Source: Syntrophorhabdaceae bacterium (GTDB lineage Bacteria > Desulfobacterota > Syntrophorhabdia > Syntrophorhabdales > Syntrophorhabdaceae). Taken from it: a DNA stretch of 64,000 nt. This document shows, piece after piece, positions 37,454-48,151 of this stretch. The position numbers were made by a program, and so were the translations under genes. Numbering within the stretch: the stretch's first letter is position 1; the number at the start of each line of letters is the position of its first letter. Under the pieces are notes generated by a model that saw only the letters and a list, made by a program, of their open reading frames with translations, was not told the DNA's origin and made no database searches. Location: assembly GCA_963665295.1 (NCBI GenBank), contig OY762209.1:2752001-2816000 (forward strand), written 5' to 3'.

Positions 37454-38983
37454 TCATCCGTCGAGGACCTCTCTTACTTTCCTTAAAAGCTGGTGCGGCG
37501 AAAGGGGCTTCGATATGAAATTGAACCCCTTGTCGTTGATACCCTTATTGAGGACAACATCTCGCGTATACCCGCTCATGAAGAGGGTTTTTACGTGGGG
37601 CGACCGGCGCTGGATGACGTCGTACGCCGCTCTTCCGTTCATTTTCGGCATGACGGAATCGAGAACCAGAAGGTCGATATTGTCGTGTTCCCCGTATTTA
37701 CGGACGGCATCGGCGCCGTCCACCGCTTCTATTACGGAGTACCCATGCTGGGTAAGTATACTGCTCATGAGCTGTCTCACATTCTGGTTATCTTCCGCCA
37801 CAAGTATGGTTTCGCTCCCTCTTTTGGCTTCAGGAGGAGGTTCGGTTATCTGTTCGTGGTCCACCGCCGCCGCGGGGAAATAGACGCGGAAGGTGGTCCC
37901 CCGGTTCGGCTTGCTGTATACGTTTATATACCCGTGGTGATGCTTCACGATGCCGTACACGATAGAGAGACCGAGGCCGGTGCCTTTCCCCACCTCCTTG
38001 GTGGTGAAGAAGGGCTCGAAGATCTTCTCCTTTGTCGTGTCGTCCATGCCTGTGCCCGTATCGGACACGGTGATGGAAACATAGTCCCCCGGTGTGCCGT
38101 ATCCGCGAAGATCCGCGGTTTGGCGGTCCAATCTGACAAGGTCTGTTTTCAGGGTCAGGACGCCGCCCGCGGGCATGGCGTCTCTCGCATTTGTGGCGAG
38201 ATTGATGAGCATCTGATGGATCTGGGTCGCATCGCCCATTATCACGGGACCTTGGGGAGCGGTGCGGGTTTCAAGGAAGATATCCTCCGAAAGAAGTCGC
38301 TTCAGCAACACTTTCGTGTCTTCAATAACGTCATTTACCGCGAGAGGGACAAGTGTCATCGGTTGGTGTCTGCTGAAGGCGAGCAAACTTCGCGTAAGGT
38401 CGGCTGCCTTTTGCGAAGAAGAGAGTATATGGTCCACGTAGGTGCACAGAGGATCTCCATCATGCATCTGTCCGCGAAGGAGGGTGCTGTACCCGATCAC
38501 CGCCGTGAGGATATTGTTGAAATCATGTGCGATGCCTCCCGCAAGGGTCCCGATGGCTTCCATTTTCTGGGCCTGATGGAGGTGAGATTCAAGGCGCTTC
38601 CTGTCTGTTACATCCTCCAGGGAAACCACAAACGAATGGGTGTCCATGGGTGTCAACCTCAGGAGACCGTCTATTTTCGAGCCGTCCTTCCGGATGACCT
38701 TCATCTCGTGCCAGCCCCTGCGGTAAAGGATATCACCCAGGGTCCTGTATTCTTCGTCGTTCCCGTACAGCATGCGCGTATTGTGCCCCACGAGTTCGTG
38801 GCAGGCATATCCTGTCATGCGGCAGGCGGACTCACTGACCCATTGGAAGACACGGTTGCGGATCCTGAATATCCCCACCGGGGACGCGGAAAGTATTGCC
38901 TGGAGGAAATTTCTGGAGTCTTCCCTTTCTTCCTGCGCTTTTTTCAACATGGCAATATCAGGGGCAGTGCCGTTAGTTTCCAT
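37454..38983 (-). CDS. PAS-domain hybrid histidine kinase (HisKA-HATPase-REC)
   Basis: [47 protein letters not shown]; receiver AEDN...LDSVMP...KP. Confidence 0.92.
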   Translation of the reverse strand: METNGTAPDIAMLKKAQEEREDSRNFLQAILSASPVGIFRIRNRVFQWVSESACRMTGYACHELVGHNTRMLYGNDEEYRTLGDILYRRGWHEMKVIRKDGSKIDGLLRLTPMDTHSFVVSLEDVTDRKRLESHLHQAQKMEAIGTLAGGIAHDFNNILTAVIGYSTLLRGQMHDGDPLCTYVDHILSSSQKAADLTRSLLAFSRHQPMTLVPLAVNDVIEDTKVLLKRLLSEDIFLETRTAPQGPVIMGDATQIHQMLINLATNARDAMPAGGVLTLKTDLVRLDRQTADLRGYGTPGDYVSITVSDTGTGMDDTTKEKIFEPFFTTKEVGKGTGLGLSIVYGIVKHHHGYINVYSKPNRGTTFRVYFPAAAVDHEQITEPPPEAKRGSETILVAEDNQNVRQLMSSILTQHGYSVIEAVDGADAVRKYGEHDNIDLLVLDSVMPKMNGRAAYDVIQRRSPHVKTLFMSGYTRDVVLNKGINDKGFNFISKPLSPHQLLRKVREVLDG

Positions 38984-39507
38984 GGGGCCTCCTTTCGCCG
39001 GCGGCAAGGCCGGACGTGATGTTACCCTCCGAGGTTAAGGAAGAGAAGGTGGACCGATAAAATGCCTACCCGTTTGCCTTGAACAGGGTCCGTCCGCCTT
39101 CGACGCCGCAACCTCTCGCCTGTACTGTGATCTTCCCGCCGGCCCCGTCTGTGTCTGTCCGGACCCCGGCAAGACGTCGATTGTTGGCGGGGGGTTCTTC
39201 CCGGACCTGTTACGGTCCGGGAAGTAATGGAACGGTTCAATATATAACGTACAGACGTACGGAAGAAGAAGTAAGCGGGCAAATTATAGACAGAAAGAAA
39301 GGTGGTTTTCCATATCAATTAATCACGTACCTAATACCTAGCTACAATAGGCATACATGAAGGGGACGAAATGCCGGTCCTGCCGGTTTATAAGGTTATC
39401 CCTGCAACGTCTGTCTGTACCATGGGCGGGGTTTGACCGTTCCCGGTATGAGGCGGGTTGGTTGCGGAAACGAGGAAAAGGTTTTGAAGGTGGTTGCCGG
39501 GAGGATA

Positions 39508-39585
39508 TGGTCGGGGCGACTGGATTTGAACCAGCGACTTCTTGCTCCCAAAGCAAGCGCGCTAGCCATGCTGCGCCACGCCCCG
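39508..39585 (-). tRNA. tRNA-Pro (anticodon TGG)
   Basis: CGGGGCG/CGCCCCG acceptor stem with encoded CCA; anticodon arm CTTGC-TTTGGGA-GCAAG; T arm GGTTCAAATCC. Confidence 0.97.
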
Positions 39586-40124
39586 ATTTGATGAATGTAG
39601 CATATATGTGCCTGTTTTGCAACCGTAATTCCCGAATCGGGAAAGACGGGGATGCGTTTTGGGTTGCAAAGGGCGGTAAATCGTGGAAGACTGATAACCG
39701 TGGACTTTCCTCTCAAAGCGAACCCGCCGGCATCAGGGCGGTACGTACTCCTCGTGGTCATGGCGATGTTGCTTTTCTGTAATGCCGGTTGCGGCAAAGG
39801 CCCTGATGCCGGCCCTCCCGGAGCTCGTGAGGACAGGACCTCGGTGTCGGCAGGCAAATTGTTTCGTGGCGGCTCGACTTCAGGCACATTGTCGGGAGGA
39901 GGAAAAGAAACCGGGGCTGAAGCCGATGACCAGGAGCAGGACGGAGACGGAGAAGAAAGGGACCTCTCATCCGATGAACCTTAGGGGATTTTACCGCGCC
40001 TTGCCGAACCCGCCCTTGTTTTGCCTGTCTTCAGGGGTTATGAGGCCGGGGACGCTCCGGCTACGGTGGCGCCCGCTTATCGGCGGGCATTGACTTTTGC
40101 CGTGATTCGAGCCACAATATCGGC

Positions 40125-41306
40125 ATGATTGGAATATCTAAACTCTATTGCGGCGCGGTTGAGGCTTCGGACCCTTTACGCTATAACAGGGACTCCCGGC
40201 AGCTTCCTTCTCATTTACTGCAGTTCTCGAAAGACAAGAAGCCCGTGGTGGTGTGGAACACTACCAAAAGGTGCAACCTCAAATGCGTTCATTGCTACGC
40301 CTTCGCTGAAGGGGAAGGGCAGAGAAAGGGAGAGCTTTCCACGGAGGAAGGGAAACGCCTCCTCGATGACCTCGCCGGGTTCGGCGTCCCTGTGATCCTC
40401 TTTTCCGGCGGCGAGCCTCTGCTCAGGGAGGATTTGCCGGAGCTTATCGATTACGCGGTGAAGAAGGGCATGCGGGCGGTCATCTCGACCAACGGCACCC
40501 TCATCACAGAGGAGAAAGCTCGCATCTTTTCAAAGTTTTCCCTCTCCTATATCGGCGTGAGCCTGGACGGGATAGGCGCGGTGAACGACTCTTTCAGGGG
40601 CGTGGAAGGGGCATATGACAAGGCGATTGCCGGTATAAGGAATGCCAAGAAGGAGGGGATAAAGGTAGGCCTTCGTTTTACCATAAACAAACGAAATTTC
40701 AGAGAGATTCCGGCGGTTTTCGACCTCATCGAGAAAGAAGGGATCGAGCGGGCTTGTTTCTACCACCTCGTATATGCGGGCCGGGGTTCAAAGCTTATAG
40801 AAGAAGACCTCTCCCACGAGGAAACGAGGGAAACAGTCGAATACATTCTCGAGCGAACGAGATATTCCTTTGACAGGGGAAAGCCGATAGAAGTGCTCAC
40901 TGTCGATAATCATGCGGACGGGCCCTTCATTTACCTCAAGCTTCTCGAAGAGGACAGGGAGCGGGCGGAAGAGGTTTATGAGCTTCTCATGATGAACGAG
41001 GGCAATGCCTCCGGCGTGGGGATCGGATGCATCGACGAGGAGGGAAACGTCCATGCGGACCAGTTCTGGAGACACCATTCCTTCGGTAATGTGAGAAGCA
41101 AGCCTTTCAGCCGGATATGGACGGATATGGATGAGCCGCTCATGGCGAAACTGAAACAGAAAAAGCACCACGTAAAGGGAAGATGTTCCCGGTGCCGGTG
41201 GCTCGACATTTGTGCGGGCAACTTCAGGGTAAGAGCCGAGGCGAAGACCGGAGATATATGGGCGGAAGATCCTCAGTGCTACCTCACTGAGGAAGAGATC
41301 GCCTGA
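40125..41306 (+). CDS. ahbC: Radical SAM/SPASM heme biosynthesis protein AhbC (NirJ1-like)
   Basis: MIGISKLYCG...LRY...LPSHLLQFSKDKKPVVVWN, CNLKCVHC, VLTVDNHADG, HADQFW, SPASM cysteines. Confidence 0.9.
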   Translation: MIGISKLYCGAVEASDPLRYNRDSRQLPSHLLQFSKDKKPVVVWNTTKRCNLKCVHCYAFAEGEGQRKGELSTEEGKRLLDDLAGFGVPVILFSGGEPLLREDLPELIDYAVKKGMRAVISTNGTLITEEKARIFSKFSLSYIGVSLDGIGAVNDSFRGVEGAYDKAIAGIRNAKKEGIKVGLRFTINKRNFREIPAVFDLIEKEGIERACFYHLVYAGRGSKLIEEDLSHEETRETVEYILERTRYSFDRGKPIEVLTVDNHADGPFIYLKLLEEDRERAEEVYELLMMNEGNASGVGIGCIDEEGNVHADQFWRHHSFGNVRSKPFSRIWTDMDEPLMAKLKQKKHHVKGRCSRCRWLDICAGNFRVRAEAKTGDIWAEDPQCYLTEEEIA

Positions 41307-41317
41307 GGAGGGTGTCC

Positions 41318-42304
41318 ATGCCGTTTCCCGCGCACCGACCGAGAAGACTGAGAAAGAACGAGAAACTGAGGGGTATGATCCGGGAAACGGACATTACTCC
41401 TGAACACCTCGTGTACCCCCTGTTCGTGAAGGAAATGACGCAGGATAAGGTTGCCATACCGTCCATGCCCGGCATCTTCCAATTTTCCGTGGAAGGGCTT
41501 ATGCGGGAAGTGGAAGAGGTGGCAGGGCTCTCCATACCTGCAATCCTTCTTTTTGGTATCCCCGAAAACAAGGACGAAATGGGCAGCGGCGCCTACGATG
41601 AGGGAGGAGTGGTCCAGAGGGCCACCAGGGCGATCAAGAAACTTTTTGGCGATGATATCCTCGTTATCACGGATGTATGCATGTGCGAGTATACGAGCCA
41701 TGGCCATTGCGGCGTGATAAAGGACGGAACCGTCGATAACGACGAGACCCTGAAGCTTCTTTCCCGGAGCGCTCTGTCCCATGCCGCTGCCGGAGCGGAC
41801 ATGGTCGCTCCTTCCGACATGATGGACGGAAGGGTGAGGGCTATCAGGCAGGCCCTTGACGGGGGCGGTTATTCCGATGTCCCCATCATGAGCTATGCGG
41901 CCAAATATGCGTCGAGCCTTTACGGACCCTTCAGGGATGCGGCGGAATCGGCGCCTCAGTACGGCGACCGGCGCGGGTACCAGATGGACCCCCCTAACCA
42001 GAGGGAAGCCCTTCGCGAGATCAGCCTCGACATAGAAGAAGGCGCGGACATTATCATGGTAAAGCCCGCCCTTTTCTACCTCGATGTTCTTTCCATGGCG
42101 AGAAGGGCTTTCGATCTGCCCCTTGCCGCATACTCGGTAAGCGGTGAATACAGTATGATAAAGATCGTTGCGTCAAAAGGGCATCTCGACCTCAGGAGGA
42201 CGGTACTTGAATCCACCCTGAGTATAAGAAGGGCAGGGGCCGACATTGTCATCACATATTTCGCAAAGGACCTCGGAAAATGGTTGAAAGAGAATTCCCT
42301 CTGA
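41318..42304 (+). CDS. hemB: Porphobilinogen synthase (Zn-type)
   Basis: RPRRLR, DVCMCEYTSHGHC, APSDMMDGR, YGPFRDA, YQMDP, MVKP. Confidence 0.97.
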   Translation: MPFPAHRPRRLRKNEKLRGMIRETDITPEHLVYPLFVKEMTQDKVAIPSMPGIFQFSVEGLMREVEEVAGLSIPAILLFGIPENKDEMGSGAYDEGGVVQRATRAIKKLFGDDILVITDVCMCEYTSHGHCGVIKDGTVDNDETLKLLSRSALSHAAAGADMVAPSDMMDGRVRAIRQALDGGGYSDVPIMSYAAKYASSLYGPFRDAAESAPQYGDRRGYQMDPPNQREALREISLDIEEGADIIMVKPALFYLDVLSMARRAFDLPLAAYSVSGEYSMIKIVASKGHLDLRRTVLESTLSIRRAGADIVITYFAKDLGKWLKENSL

Positions 42305-43287
42305 GGATGGTTGCCTGGGAACTTACCAGGAACTGCAACCTCAGTTGCATACATTGCAGGGCGTCGGCCACGTCGGGCCCTCACGCAGGTGAGTTGACCC
42401 TCCCTGAATGCACGAAGATCCTGGACGAAATCCGGGCTTTTTCCGATCCCACCATCATCCTGACCGGTGGAGAACCCCTTATGCGGGACGATGTTTTCGA
42501 TATAATCGATTACGGCGCCGCAAAAGGACTGAGGATGGTGATAGCGGTCAACGGGACTCTCCTCGACGGGGAAAAGGCGGCAAAACTCAAAGAGTCGGGG
42601 ATCAAGCGGGTCAGCATGAGTCTCGATGGACCGGACAGGGGAACCCACGACAGGTTCAGGGGCGTGACGGGCTCCTTTGACGCCGTGATGAAAGGGGCGG
42701 AGATACTGCGCGCCGCGGCCATGCCTTTCCAGATAAACACCACCGTGACCAGACTGAACGCAGACCGCCTTCACGAAGTATACAGGGTCGTCAAAAGCAT
42801 GGGAGCCGTGGGATGGCATGTCTTTCTCCTTGTACCCGTGGGACGGGGAGAAGGGTTGAAGGGCGAGGAACTGAACACGAGGATGTACGAATCGACCCTC
42901 GAGGACCTCTATGAGATCGAAACGAGAAATGAGATTGAGTTGAAGGTGACCTGTGCGCCTCACTATTACAGGATTGTAAAGGAAAGGGGCGGCGTCCCCA
43001 AAAGCGCGGGCTGCCTCGCGGGGAAGAGCTTCATGTTTATATCCCACAAAGGCGTTGCCCAGCCGTGCGGATATCTCGAAGTCCCTTCGGGGGACGTGAG
43101 AGAATTGGGTGTGAGGAGTGTTTGGCAGAATTCTCCCGTCTTCACGGAACTGAGAACCCTCTCGTCCTACAAAGGCAAATGCGGCGCCTGCAGGTACCTC
43201 AAGATATGCGGCGGCTGCCGGGCCAGGGCCTTTGAGTCCCGCGGCCACATCCTGGAAGAAGAACCATACTGTTCGTATAACGGTTAG
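42280..43287 (+). CDS. ahbD: Radical SAM/SPASM heme b synthase AhbD (NirJ2-like)
   Basis: VAWELTRNCNLSCIHCRA, FLLVPVGRG, KVTCAPHYYR, GCLAG, CGGCRARA; clustered with ahbC-hemB. Confidence 0.85.
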   Translation: MVEREFPLRMVAWELTRNCNLSCIHCRASATSGPHAGELTLPECTKILDEIRAFSDPTIILTGGEPLMRDDVFDIIDYGAAKGLRMVIAVNGTLLDGEKAAKLKESGIKRVSMSLDGPDRGTHDRFRGVTGSFDAVMKGAEILRAAAMPFQINTTVTRLNADRLHEVYRVVKSMGAVGWHVFLLVPVGRGEGLKGEELNTRMYESTLEDLYEIETRNEIELKVTCAPHYYRIVKERGGVPKSAGCLAGKSFMFISHKGVAQPCGYLEVPSGDVRELGVRSVWQNSPVFTELRTLSSYKGKCGACRYLKICGGCRARAFESRGHILEEEPYCSYNG

Positions 43288-43496
43288 CCGGCCCGGCAGC
43301 GATGACCCTTCGTTTTTTAGCGTAATTCCCCACCGGCAATTGAATATCGGTAGTGGCCCGGCCACTGCTTCGAATATTTTCCCGGCCCCTGTTCTCCTGG
43401 TATCCGCCGATTGACAAGTATCCCGATAATGCTGATATTAAAACAAAAATAGCTTGCGAGTAGTGAGGAATCGCAGAACTTACAAAGGAGGGTCAC

Positions 43497-43943
43497 ATGC
43501 TCAAACCAACAAAAATACTGGTACCGACGGACTTCTCAGAGTATTCGGACAAGGCATTCCGACAGGCGCTCGACATTGCAAAACAGTATAACGCGAAGGT
43601 ATTTCTCCTTCATGTGATCCATGAAGAGTTCCACCAGTGTGTCGTTGACTATTGCCTTACCGAAGAGCAGATGGACCAGATGAAGAACTCGATGGCGGCG
43701 CGGGTCCAGGAGGAGTTTCAGAAACAGATCGCGAAATTTCCCCAGGCCAAGGAAGTGGACGTGGTTACCGACGTGAAGCAGGGTATCCCTTACGAGGCGA
43801 TCCTGAAGGAAGAAGGCGACAGGGGCATAGACCTTATCGTCATTGCCTCCCTGGGCAGGTCCGGCATTGCGAAATACATTATAGGGAGCGTTGCGAGGAA
43901 CGTACTGAAAGGGGCTAAATGTCCGGTTCTTCTCACAAAATAG
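43497..43943 (+). CDS. Universal stress protein (copy 1)
   Basis: KILVPTDFS, LHV, DLIVIASLGRSG, GSVARNVLKGAKCPVL. Confidence 0.93.
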   Translation: MLKPTKILVPTDFSEYSDKAFRQALDIAKQYNAKVFLLHVIHEEFHQCVVDYCLTEEQMDQMKNSMAARVQEEFQKQIAKFPQAKEVDVVTDVKQGIPYEAILKEEGDRGIDLIVIASLGRSGIAKYIIGSVARNVLKGAKCPVLLTK

Positions 43944-44040
43944 CATGACCGACGCCGTGTCCCGGCTCCCTGATGGGGCGGAGACACGGGCTCAAGGGGC
44001 GGGGAGCGCCCCTACACAAATCGAATTGAAGGAGGCTTAT

Positions 44041-44487
44041 ATGTTCAGACCCACGAAAATACTGGTGCCCACGGATTTCTCCGAGTATTCCGACAAGGCG
44101 CTGCAACAGGCGTTCGACATTGCCGGGCAGAACAGCGCCAAGGTCTATGTACTCCATGTTATTCACGAGGAGATGCACCGCTGCTGGGTCGATTACTGTC
44201 TTTCCGACGAGCAGATGGAGCAGTTCAAGGCACAGATGAGGACAGGCGCCCAGGAAGACCTTCAGAAACAGGTCGCTAAATTTCCGGAGGCAAAGGGCCT
44301 TGAAATCACTCTCGATGTCAAGGGCGGCATCCCCGCCGAGGCGATCCTCAAGGAAGAGCAGGAGAAAGGGATCGACCTTATCGTTATCGGCTCCCTGGGC
44401 AGGACGGGCATAGCGAAATACTTTCTGGGGAGTGTAACCCTGAACGTGCTTAAAGGCGCGAAGTGCCCGGTGCTCCTCGCGAAATAG
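44041..44487 (+). CDS. Universal stress protein (copy 2)
   Basis: ATG 44041 after AAGGAGG; same length and motifs as copy 1. Confidence 0.93.
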   Translation: MFRPTKILVPTDFSEYSDKALQQAFDIAGQNSAKVYVLHVIHEEMHRCWVDYCLSDEQMEQFKAQMRTGAQEDLQKQVAKFPEAKGLEITLDVKGGIPAEAILKEEQEKGIDLIVIGSLGRTGIAKYFLGSVTLNVLKGAKCPVLLAK

Positions 44488-44498
44488 TGGACATGAAG

Positions 44499-44540
44499 GG
44501 TCTCTCCCGCCCCGGTTTGCCGGGAGAGACCGTCACCTTT
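44499..44540 (+). terminator. Probable terminator hairpin after the USP pair
   Basis: GGTCTCTCCCG...CGGGAGAGACC 11-bp stem; T-run is slightly offset. Confidence 0.6.
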
Positions 44541-44568
44541 TAACCGGAGAGCGTTCAGGAGAAGAATA

Positions 44569-46527
44569 TTGAACAGACTTGCGCGGGAAAGATCGGCTTA
44601 CCTTCAGCACGCAAAAGAACAGGCGATCGACTGGTACCCATGGTCGGAGGAAGCTTTCGAAAAGGCGGGGAGAGAGAGCAAACCGGTCTTCTTGAGTTCC
44701 GGCGCTCAATGGTGCCACTGGTGTCACGTCATGGCGCGGGAGAGCTTCGAAGATGAAGAAGTGGCGCGACTCCTCAATGAGCATTTCATATCCATCAAAC
44801 TGGACCGTGACGAAAGGCCTGATGTGGACAGAAGATACCAGCAGGTGACGGCCGTAATGGGGCACGGAGGCGGATGGCCCCTCAGTATCTTTCTTACCCC
44901 GGAGAAGAAGCCTTTTTTTGGAGGCACCTATTTTCCTCCTGAAGCGGGCTTCGGCAGACCCGGATTCAAGGACATACTGAGAACGGTGAGCAGGCTTTAC
45001 AGGGAGAAGAAGGATGAGATAGACGCGTACGGCGCGGAACTGGTGGAGATGCTTAAACCGGGTCCTTCTCCCGCGGGAAAGGCCGACGAGTCGATGGTTC
45101 ATAGCTGCGTGAGGCAGATCCTTGTGGAATACGACGGAAAGTACGGAGGGTTCGGCACGGCTCCGAAATTCCCCATGTCGGGGGCCCTCGAGTTGCTCAT
45201 CAACAGATTTTTTCTCACGAAAGAGGAACGTCTCGGTGACGCCGTGAAAAAGACACTTTTCAACATGGCAAAGGGCGGCATTCACGACCACCTGGGGGGA
45301 GGGTTCCACAGGTATTCCACGGATCAGGAATGGCTTATCCCCCACTTCGAGAAGATGGCGGACGACAATGCGTGGCTTCTCAGGAATTACACCGACGCTT
45401 ATGCGGTGTTCGGAGAACCCCGCTTCAGGGAGGTTGCGGAAGGCATCCTCCATTTTTTCAGAACCGACCTCTCCGACCCGTCAGGGGGGTTCTATGCGAG
45501 CCAGGACGCCGATGTCTCCCCGGAAGACGAGGGGGGATACTTCACATGGACCGACGGGGATTTCAAGGCTGTCCTCGATGAAACCGGGTATGCGGTCCTC
45601 TCCGCCTATTTTCTCCATGGGAAGGGTGCCATGCACCACGATGCGTCGAAGAAGGTGCTCTTTACGGCCTTTCCCGCCGAGGAAATCGCGAAACGCCTCG
45701 GGATGGAGTTGCGGACAGTGGAAGGCATAATAGGGGAGGGGAAAAGAAAACTCCTCGAAGCCCGCCGGAGGCGGCAGAGACCCTTCGTGGACACCGCCTT
45801 ATATACGTCGCTCAACGGGCTTGTCATTTCCGCTTTTCTGAAGGCCTACCGTGCTCTGGGGATCGAAGAGGCAAGAGACTTCGCCCTGGCAAGCATCGAC
45901 CGGATAAGGGCGCTTAATGTTTCGGGCGGCCGTCTGCTCCACTCGGAGGGCGTCGATGCACTGCTCGACGATTATATCTTCTTTTCCGATGCCCTTGTGG
46001 CGGCCTACGAAGTGACGGGCCGCACGGACTATCTCGAACAGGGCAGGATGTTCATGGACGCGTGCATCACGAGGTTCCGGGACGAGTCGGGGAGCGGCTT
46101 TTACGACACCGAGGATGAGGTGATCGGCATGAGGCTCAAGAGTATTGAAGACATGCCCCATCCTTCCGCCAACGCCCTTGCCATACCGGTACTCAACAGG
46201 CTTTCGTTCGCGTGCGGCGATGAAAGGTACCGCACTCTCGCCCGGGAAGCCCTCGACGCCTTTTCGCTGAGGGCGCAGCCGATCGGCCTTCACAGTGCGT
46301 ACTATTTTTGCGCCCTGGACGGGTATTTCAATTTGAGCGAGCTTACCTGCAACCTGTTGCCTGGTTCGGACCTTGCCCGCGGCGCCCTCTCCGTTTTCTG
46401 TCCCTATGAGGCGATCAGGTATGGCGAGGACAGGGGATACATCATTCCTTGCCGTCGGGGCACGTGTTTTGAGCCCGTCACCGGCGTCGAAGCCCTCAAG
46501 GAGTCTCTCACAGGTCGAAGCACCTGA
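44569..46527 (+). CDS. Thioredoxin-domain protein, YyaL/SSP411 (DUF255) family
   Basis: NRLARERSAYLQHA, WCHWCHVMARESFE, DRDERPDVD, GGWPL, APKFP, PHFEKM. Confidence 0.92.
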   Translation: MNRLARERSAYLQHAKEQAIDWYPWSEEAFEKAGRESKPVFLSSGAQWCHWCHVMARESFEDEEVARLLNEHFISIKLDRDERPDVDRRYQQVTAVMGHGGGWPLSIFLTPEKKPFFGGTYFPPEAGFGRPGFKDILRTVSRLYREKKDEIDAYGAELVEMLKPGPSPAGKADESMVHSCVRQILVEYDGKYGGFGTAPKFPMSGALELLINRFFLTKEERLGDAVKKTLFNMAKGGIHDHLGGGFHRYSTDQEWLIPHFEKMADDNAWLLRNYTDAYAVFGEPRFREVAEGILHFFRTDLSDPSGGFYASQDADVSPEDEGGYFTWTDGDFKAVLDETGYAVLSAYFLHGKGAMHHDASKKVLFTAFPAEEIAKRLGMELRTVEGIIGEGKRKLLEARRRRQRPFVDTALYTSLNGLVISAFLKAYRALGIEEARDFALASIDRIRALNVSGGRLLHSEGVDALLDDYIFFSDALVAAYEVTGRTDYLEQGRMFMDACITRFRDESGSGFYDTEDEVIGMRLKSIEDMPHPSANALAIPVLNRLSFACGDERYRTLAREALDAFSLRAQPIGLHSAYYFCALDGYFNLSELTCNLLPGSDLARGALSVFCPYEAIRYGEDRGYIIPCRRGTCFEPVTGVEALKESLTGRST

Positions 46528-46599
46528 TTTTCGTTGACAGAAAGGGTTTTTTATATCAGAATCTTTCCAGATTTGAATAGGTTACACAGGGAGGGTTTT

Positions 46600-47604
46600 G
46601 TGGTAAAGAAGCTCGTTTTCATGGTGTTCCTTTTGATCGTCTATGCGGTCTTCGCAGCATCCCCGGCGGGAGCGAAGATGGTGCTGAAATATGGGCACAC
46701 AGGAGCCCTCAACCAGGCCCGGCACCTGGGAGCCCTTGCGTTTGCCCGATATGTGACCGAAAAGACCGGTGGTGAGATAGAGGTACAGGTGTTCCCCCGG
46801 GGACAACTCGGGGGCGAACGGGCCATGGTGGAACAGGTTCAGGTCGGCACTCTCCAGATGACCACCATATCCGCAGGTGTGCTTGCAAATTTCGTGAGTG
46901 AAGTGGGCGTGATAGAATTGCCCTTTGCATACCCTGACCGGGAGACAGCTTACAGGGTGCTCGACGACAAAGAGGTGGGGGAGGGACTCCGGAAATACTG
47001 CGAACCAAAGGGATTCGTGTTTATCGGCTACACGGAAGATGAATTCAGGGACCTGACAAACTGGAAGGGGCCGGTAACGAGGCCCGAGGACCTGAAAGGT
47101 CTCAGGATAAGGGTTCTCAAGGGACCGCTTTCCATGGATACCTTCAGGACCCTCGGCGCAACCCCCGTTTCACTTCCTATGGAAGAGGTCTACGCCGCCT
47201 TACAGAAACGGACAATCGACGGCCAGGACAATCCGCTTTACACGTCCGTCCGGATGAGGTTCACGGAAGTGAACCCCTATGTGACCATGACGGACCACGT
47301 TTTGACCGAATGTCCTGTAATCCTTAACAAGAAATTCTGGGACGGCCTTTCTGCCCGCCACAAGCATATCCTGAGGGAAGGTGCCGCGATCCAGACCGGC
47401 GTGAACAGGGAAGGCGCCTTGAAGGCCCGCATGGAGGCCCTTGAAAAGGCAAAGGCCGCAAATGTGACGATCACTGTGTTGAACCCCCAGGACAGAGAGT
47501 CCTTCAGGAAGTCGGTCAAACCGGTGTACGACAGGTACCGGGATGTTTTCGGGCCCGAATGGTACGACTTCTTCATGAAGAAGATTGAATACTATCGGAG
47601 ATAG
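46600..47604 (+). CDS. dctP: TRAP transporter substrate-binding protein (DctP family)
   Basis: Signal peptide; VFPRGQLGGE, ELPF, DLKGLRIRV, EVYAALQ, DGQDNP. Confidence 0.9.
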   Translation: MVKKLVFMVFLLIVYAVFAASPAGAKMVLKYGHTGALNQARHLGALAFARYVTEKTGGEIEVQVFPRGQLGGERAMVEQVQVGTLQMTTISAGVLANFVSEVGVIELPFAYPDRETAYRVLDDKEVGEGLRKYCEPKGFVFIGYTEDEFRDLTNWKGPVTRPEDLKGLRIRVLKGPLSMDTFRTLGATPVSLPMEEVYAALQKRTIDGQDNPLYTSVRMRFTEVNPYVTMTDHVLTECPVILNKKFWDGLSARHKHILREGAAIQTGVNREGALKARMEALEKAKAANVTITVLNPQDRESFRKSVKPVYDRYRDVFGPEWYDFFMKKIEYYRR

Positions 47605-47800
47605 AGCCCGCAGACCCGTCAGACGGACCGGGGACGCCGATGGATTTGATTCCCGCCCGTGCGTCGGCGGTTCCGGCAATTTTCCAGGGGAAAAGATATG
47701 TATTTCTCGGCAGCCCGCGGATGGCCCATCTGCGTCCTGCCCCGTATTTTACGCATCGGCCGGGGCCGACGGGCGAGCAAAACCGGCAATGCCTGCTCAC

Positions 47801-47829
47801 TTTACAAATGATGGACTGATAATTATAAT
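47801..47829 (+). promoter_or_regulatory. Sigma70-type promoter upstream of the NtrC-family regulator
   Basis: TTTACA-17 nt-TATAAT, about 320 nt before the ATG. Confidence 0.6.
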
Positions 47830-48151
47830 AGCTATGTCGGGGTCAGAACCAACGGGTGCCGACCGACGCGAGAAATATGCTTTTTGGGGGGTTGTTATTT
47901 CTGAAGGCAGAGCGAGAGATGCGTGCCGTTTACCGGGATGAAATGTATTGAGAAGGCCTTTGTGCTCCTCGAAAGTCATCGCCCCGGTTCCACGGGGCCC
48001 TTGCCCCTGCTTCCCTTTGCGACGTTGGCTGGGCGGAATTTTCGGACGCCGTGGCCTGCCCGGAGCGCTCTCTTCCCTCTATACGGGCGGAGAAGAAGTT
48101 TTTCCGCCGGAGACGGGACGGAATGGTTACATTAAATGGAGGTGAAAGGGA

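Noticed and set aside
32719..39585. Genomic island integrated at tRNA-Pro
   Set aside because: No integrase seen and I found no duplicated tRNA 3' end by eye.
39652..39984. Possible small lipoprotein ORF (LLFCNAGCGKG)
   Set aside because: No clear RBS or start and a low-complexity remainder; not enough support to call.
40125..43287. Absence of ahbA/ahbB beside ahbC/ahbD
   Set aside because: These genes can lie elsewhere in the genome; this cannot be judged from one window.
47830..48150. Long leader or small ORF before the NtrC-family gene
   Set aside because: Only scattered GC hairpins; no recognisable RNA motif or convincing RBS-led ORF.
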